Assembly (NCBI GenBank): GCA_002070185.1
Contig: MWCT01000008.1
Coordinates: forward strand, 57,625-121,624
Reading direction: 5' to 3'
Source: a candidate division BRC1 bacterium ADurb.Bin183
Lineage (GTDB): Bacteria > Sumerlaeota > Sumerlaeia > MWCT01
DNA length: 64,000 bases
The notes under the pieces were generated by a model that ran no database searches, had not been told where the DNA came from, and saw only the letters and a list, made by a program, of their open reading frames with translations. Below, piece after piece: positions 59,396 to 64,000 of this stretch (position 1 is the stretch's first letter; each line of letters begins with the position of its first letter). Made by a program: the position numbers and the translations under genes.

Positions 59396-60570
59396 CGACA
59401 AAAATAAATCAATTAAAACCTCCCAAAAAAATTAAGATAGGGATTGATGCTTCTTGTATCCTTCCCAGAAAAACCGGCGTCGGAAAGTTTTCCCTCTCCC
59501 TCCTCAGAGAAATGTTGTCTCTGGAATCCCCGTTTGAATTCATCCTTTTTCTCAATTCCTTTCGCCATTCCAAAATTGATTTGCCCTTGGCAGGCATGCA
59601 AAACATCAAAATAAAACAATACCGTCTCCCCGGTCCCCTGCTTGTCCAATCATGGCGATACCTGCGCTTTCCTCCCATTGATTTATTGACAGGTTTCGTG
59701 GATGCTTTCCACAGCTTAAGCGGATACATTCCCCCTCAGATTCATGGCAAAAAAATTGTTTCGGTTTATGATTTATTTTTTATGCGCCACACGGAACAAT
59801 GCGACGTATTGGGCGGGCAATACTTTGCCAGCGTTTTCCCAAAACAACTTCCGCAATGCGAGCATATCATCTGCCCGTCAAACTCCACAAAAAAGGATTT
59901 GATAGAATTATTAAAAATCCCAACCGATAGTATTAGCGTCATATACGGCGGTGTGGATCAGAGAAAATTTCACATAATTACGGATTATCCGCTGCTGGAA
60001 ATGATCCGAAAGGAATACTGTCTGCCGCCGCGCTATATTCTTGGCGTCTCCACGCTGGAGATGAGAAAAAATTTGGACGGGCTTTTCATTGCATACAAAC
60101 ATTTGAAAGAAAAACTATATAACCCGCCCAAACTGGTGCTTGTTGGCGGCGAGGGGTGGAAATCAACCGAGATTAAATCCGCCGTAAAACAGCATCGCCT
60201 AATTTCAGATGTCATATTCACAGGTTATATCCCCGAAGAGCATCTTCCCTTAATTTATAATTCCGCCCTTTTCTTCGTTTTTCCATCGCTATGGGAAGGA
60301 TTTGGATTGCCCGTTTTGGAAGCGATGGCATGCGGGGTGCCCTGCCTGATATCCGACATCCCGGCATTGCACGAAATTGCCGAAGAGGCGGCTCTTTTTG
60401 CCGATCCCTATAATTATTACGAAATGGCTGAGCGCATGAAAGACTTGATTACTTCGCACACCTTAAGGGAAACGCTTCAACAAAAAGGACTTGCTCAGGT
60501 TAATAAATTCTCTTGGCGATTAACCGCTCAAAAAACATTGAGAGTTTACGAAAAGATTCTTAAAACATAA
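59392..60570 (+). CDS. Glycosyltransferase family 4 (GT-B)
   Basis: The EGFGLPVLEAMACGVP (E-x7-E) motif. It overlaps the PAP2 gene by 4 nt. Confidence 0.85.
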   Translation: MTTKINQLKPPKKIKIGIDASCILPRKTGVGKFSLSLLREMLSLESPFEFILFLNSFRHSKIDLPLAGMQNIKIKQYRLPGPLLVQSWRYLRFPPIDLLTGFVDAFHSLSGYIPPQIHGKKIVSVYDLFFMRHTEQCDVLGGQYFASVFPKQLPQCEHIICPSNSTKKDLIELLKIPTDSISVIYGGVDQRKFHIITDYPLLEMIRKEYCLPPRYILGVSTLEMRKNLDGLFIAYKHLKEKLYNPPKLVLVGGEGWKSTEIKSAVKQHRLISDVIFTGYIPEEHLPLIYNSALFFVFPSLWEGFGLPVLEAMACGVPCLISDIPALHEIAEEAALFADPYNYYEMAERMKDLITSHTLRETLQQKGLAQVNKFSWRLTAQKTLRVYEKILKT

Positions 60571-60575
60571 CACTT

Positions 60576-61682
60576 TTAATTTTGCGGCTGTTCGGCTGGA
60601 GGACAATAGTCCCCAAGTGTCTTGCGAACAACTATCCTCGAAGGGATCAATTGCCTGATATTTGTAATCTCGTTATTGATGAGACGATGCATGGCAACAA
60701 TGGCTTCCATCCCTTCTTTTTCCAAATCCTGATGAACTGTGGTCAGCCCCAAATCCTGCGAAAAATCCAAATCGTCATGACTAACTAAGGATAAATCTTC
60801 CGGAACCCTTAAACCAAGATCTTTCAAATGATTGATAACTTGAAGCGCAGTAAGGTCGTCCATGGCATAAATCAATGAAATGCCATCCGAGATATATTTT
60901 TGCATTTGCATCGGTTTCATGGACATAAAATCCTTAAGATGTATTAACTTCACATGAGCCGGATTCAGCCCATGTTCTTTCATCGCATTACGCGCGCCTT
61001 TAATTCTAAGATGCGCCGATGAGTTGAGAATGGAATGAACATAAAGGCATTTTTTGTGACCTTTTTGAATCGCCAGCGACATAAGGCTCCGCGCCGATTC
61101 CTCGTTATCTGGCACAACATAATTTTGCGGTTCAAAATTTTCCAACATACTGTCAACACACAAAAACGGGATACGGTTTTCTATGAACAACCGCGCCAGT
61201 TTATGATTTTCGGCAATGCATTTCTCCGCCGGATCATCAAGGGTGAAAATGGGCGAAAAGAAGATGCCTGAAATACCGTGATTAACCAGCTCCTTGATAT
61301 AAGAACGCGCCTTGTCAAAAGAAAAATCCGCGTTGCATAAAATGATTGAGTAACCCATTGAAAAAGCGGTTTCCTCTATGGAACGCACCAGACCATGATA
61401 AATGCCCGCATCAGGCAGACAAGGGATCATGATGGCAAGAAGTTGAGATTCCGAAACCTGCCTTGAAAGGACATACGTCCCTGAGCCGCGGGTTCTTCGG
61501 ACATACCCAGCCATTTGCAATTCCTTGATGGCGCGGTTGACAGTCATGCGCGAAGCTTGAAATTTCGCGGTAAGCTCTGTTTCCGGCGGAATTCGAGAAT
61601 CAGGCGGATAAGTGCCGTTCAGAATCTGGCTTTTTAATGTTTCACATATCAAACGATGTTTTGTCAGTTTCGGGATATCCAT
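60576..61682 (-). CDS. Transcriptional regulator: GntR-type wHTH + LacI-type periplasmic-binding-fold sugar sensor
   Basis: N-terminal IPPETELTAKFQASRMTVNRAIKELQMAGYVRRTRGSGTYV, followed by a Peripla_BP-like C-terminal region of about 270 aa. Confidence 0.8.
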   Translation of the reverse strand: MDIPKLTKHRLICETLKSQILNGTYPPDSRIPPETELTAKFQASRMTVNRAIKELQMAGYVRRTRGSGTYVLSRQVSESQLLAIMIPCLPDAGIYHGLVRSIEETAFSMGYSIILCNADFSFDKARSYIKELVNHGISGIFFSPIFTLDDPAEKCIAENHKLARLFIENRIPFLCVDSMLENFEPQNYVVPDNEESARSLMSLAIQKGHKKCLYVHSILNSSAHLRIKGARNAMKEHGLNPAHVKLIHLKDFMSMKPMQMQKYISDGISLIYAMDDLTALQVINHLKDLGLRVPEDLSLVSHDDLDFSQDLGLTTVHQDLEKEGMEAIVAMHRLINNEITNIRQLIPSRIVVRKTLGDYCPPAEQPQN

Positions 61683-61887
61683 TTTTTTCTCCCATGTGTT
61701 TTCGATTCAACTATAATCAATACGGCAGTTAAATATATACCATTAATGTATTGTCAATAGGATTTTTGTAGTCTTTTGCAATAAATACACAACGCCCGGA
61801 TTTATCGCAGATTGATTAAACAAGCAAACTCTTCGCGCATTTTGAGAAATTAATTACATCTTAAAATCTATACTCGGAATTGCATTA

Positions 61888-62916
61888 TTAAGAAATACGA
61901 AGAACTTTTGCGCCGCGAATGCGCTTTTGTTTCAAATCTAAAAGAGCCGTGTTGGCTTCAACGAAGGGGTATTCTTCAATAATGGGATTGATGAAAATTT
62001 GAGAAGCCAGTTTAAGAAAGTCTGCCACATCCGAACGCGCAACATTTGCCACACTCTTAATTTCCTTCTCCATCCAAAGTTGTGATGAGTAATCCAATTC
62101 TAAAAGCAAATCTTTATCCGCATCCTCCTTGCGAATGGCATTTATGACAAGGCGTCCGCCGGGGGCAAGATTCTTTAACGCCTCAAGGATGGGCAGCCAG
62201 ACCGGCGTCGTATCAATGATAGCATCCAATTTTACGGGCGCAGATTCTTTTATTGAACCCGCCCAAACAGCGCCAAGCTCGCGCGCAAATGTCCGCTCTT
62301 CCTCATTGCGCGCAAAAACATAAATGGAGCTATTAGGATAAAGTTTTTTAGCCATCTTCATTACCAGATGGGCGGAGGCGCCAAATCCCGTCAAACCCAG
62401 ATTCTGCCCATCCTTTAGCCCCGTCAGATGGAGAGAGCGGTAACCAATGGCGCCTGCGCACAAAAGCGGAGCGGCTTGTGCGTCTGAGAAATTTTGAGGA
62501 ATAAGATATGCAAAATCCTCGCCGACCTTCATATATTCCGCATAACCGCCGTTGGCATCGCGTCCAGTCGCCTTGAAATCAGGGCAGAGATTTTCCCGAT
62601 TACTTCTGCAATAATGGCAAACCCCGCATGTCGAAAATATCCATGCCGCCCCGATTCTATCTCCGATTTGAAATCGTCTGACGCTTCTGCCTGCCGCTAT
62701 AACCACACCAACCGCCTGATGTCCGGGCACAACCGGCAAGCTCGGCGGAGGCGTCCGCCCTTCGATTTCATCAAGCTCGGTATGGCATACACCGCAAACA
62801 GAAACTTTAATCAAAATCTCGTTCTCCAGAAGAATCGGCTCCGGAATATCGGATAAAAAAAGCGGATGATTGCACTCTGATAAATTCACTGTTTGTTTCA
62901 TCAGAAAAGCCTTCAT
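61888..62916 (-). CDS. Zinc-dependent alcohol dehydrogenase (MDR family)
   Basis: GVCHTELDEIEG, GHQAVG, a structural zinc Cys cluster (CGVCHYCRSNRENLC) and GLTGFGASA. Confidence 0.85.
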   Translation of the reverse strand: MKAFLMKQTVNLSECNHPLFLSDIPEPILLENEILIKVSVCGVCHTELDEIEGRTPPPSLPVVPGHQAVGVVIAAGRSVRRFQIGDRIGAAWIFSTCGVCHYCRSNRENLCPDFKATGRDANGGYAEYMKVGEDFAYLIPQNFSDAQAAPLLCAGAIGYRSLHLTGLKDGQNLGLTGFGASAHLVMKMAKKLYPNSSIYVFARNEEERTFARELGAVWAGSIKESAPVKLDAIIDTTPVWLPILEALKNLAPGGRLVINAIRKEDADKDLLLELDYSSQLWMEKEIKSVANVARSDVADFLKLASQIFINPIIEEYPFVEANTALLDLKQKRIRGAKVLRIS

Positions 62917-62928
62917 GAATTTCTTGAT

Positions 62929-64000
62929 TCACTCCGTTTTGTGGCTTTCCCAATAATCATCCAAAATCATCTGGGCTTTGGATTGGATGCGGCGGATGGC
63001 AACGTCCATAGCGCGGTCGTCGGATTCATTAAGCTCGCCCGCTTGGGCGGTATTTATAATTTTACCTTTTTCATCCGGGACTTGACGAAGGAGGATTAAT
63101 TGAAGCCCTTCGTTGATAACTTCATCCACCTTGTGCCATGCGGGATGAACAGGCGGGCTTATGGCATCCGGTATAGTATCAACAATATTTTTATAGATAG
63201 AATCATCCTTGAATATATCCTTGTAAGCGATTCGAGAGGGCAGCACGCCCGCCTCTCGATTAATTTCCTGCCCAGCCTCAAGAGTCAGCCATCGCGCAAA
63301 ACGCGCCGCCGCCTCAGTTCGTTCAGGTTCAAGAGGGCGGTTGAAAACCATCAAAGACCCCACTCCGTATGAGCCCATAACCTGCTCGCGCCCCGGCATG
63401 CGGGGATACTGAACCACAGCAATATTGAGCGGCGCAGGAGGCTCATCATTTGGATGCTGTTTAATGAATTCGAGACGGCGTTCATTTTGCACCTTAACGG
63501 CAAAAAGCGACCAAAGCCCCTGACAGCTGATAGCCAAGCGACGCTGTTTGCCTGCAAAAGCCGTCCACGTTGTATCGTCCTGAATTCCTCCCGCTCCGGG
63601 CAGACTGACCTTATATTCAAATTCCATCTCAAGCAGACGGCGTATGCCCTTGCGCGTTTCGGGAGAATCAATCAACATCTTGCGCCCGTCCTCGCTGATA
63701 ACTTTCATCCCCTCCCCTAATATGAAAGGATAAGCCTCCCATTTTTCATTTCCTGTATTAAAACCAACACCGTAATTATCCATCTGCCCGTCGCCATCGC
63801 GATCAAAGGTCAGTTGCTTCATCTTCGCGATGAATTCATCCCACTCCCAGCGTCCGTTTTCCGGCAGTGCAACGCCGCGCTCATTAAATATATCAGTATT
63901 GCAAACCATCACCATCGCCTCTTTATACCATGGAAAAGAATAAGCGGTTCCCTGCCATTGGACAGCGCGAAGGATGGAGGGGTGAATATCCTGACGAAAA
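62929..64000 (-). CDS. ABC transporter solute-binding protein (partial; N-terminus beyond the right edge)
   Basis: The reading frame of the 62929-63915 ORF stays open to the window end (...QWQGTAYSFPWYKEAMVMVCNTDIF...). The sequence is SBP_bac_1-like. Confidence 0.7.
   Translation of the reverse strand, partial: FRQDIHPSILRAVQWQGTAYSFPWYKEAMVMVCNTDIFNERGVALPENGRWEWDEFIAKMKQLTFDRDGDGQMDNYGVGFNTGNEKWEAYPFILGEGMKVISEDGRKMLIDSPETRKGIRRLLEMEFEYKVSLPGAGGIQDDTTWTAFAGKQRRLAISCQGLWSLFAVKVQNERRLEFIKQHPNDEPPAPLNIAVVQYPRMPGREQVMGSYGVGSLMVFNRPLEPERTEAAARFARWLTLEAGQEINREAGVLPSRIAYKDIFKDDSIYKNIVDTIPDAISPPVHPAWHKVDEVINEGLQLILLRQVPDEKGKIINTAQAGELNESDDRAMDVAIRRIQSKAQMILDDYWESHKTE

Overview
This 64 kb window is bacterial chromosomal DNA, probably from an uncultivated lineage. 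GC looks mid-40s % by eye. It is densely coding and mostly housekeeping. Recognisable genes include copA, a folB-fhs-folD folate/C1 cluster, lysA, gmd, a purA-mlaEFD-GT39 operon, tRNA-Glu and tRNA-Lys, rsmB, a Xer-type recombinase, a holA-like gene, nucleoside phosphorylases, rtcB, sugar-binding proteins and several glycosyltransferases. Three of the glycosyltransferases are GT-C-type membrane enzymes. Three regions look accessory. (1) 41008-46897 is a four-gene operon with overlapping stop/start codons. It encodes a catalytically degenerate SAM-methyltransferase-like protein, an Eco57I-like N6-adenine DNA methyltransferase, a DUF1016/YhcG PD-(D/E)XK nuclease and a T5orf172 (GIY-YIG-like)-SF2 helicase fusion. 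I read it as a restriction-modification-like defence cassette that fits none of the canonical Type I-IV, BREX or DISARM layouts. It is the best candidate for a previously undescribed system. (2) 22.7-24.1 kb holds a YD/RHS-repeat remnant bracketed by 19-bp inverted repeats, next to a markedly low-GC orphan ORF. (3) 53059-58401 encodes a 1780-aa secreted protein that combines a papain-like (C1) and a clostripain-like (C11) cysteine protease domain with a dockerin-like tail. Smaller oddities are an XRE-family gene interrupted by an in-frame TAG at the conserved Gln codon, a perfect 13-bp-arm palindrome upstream of the Xer-like recombinase gene, and a low-GC patch inside the methyltransferase. 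All family assignments rest on motifs I read in the translations. No database search was run.
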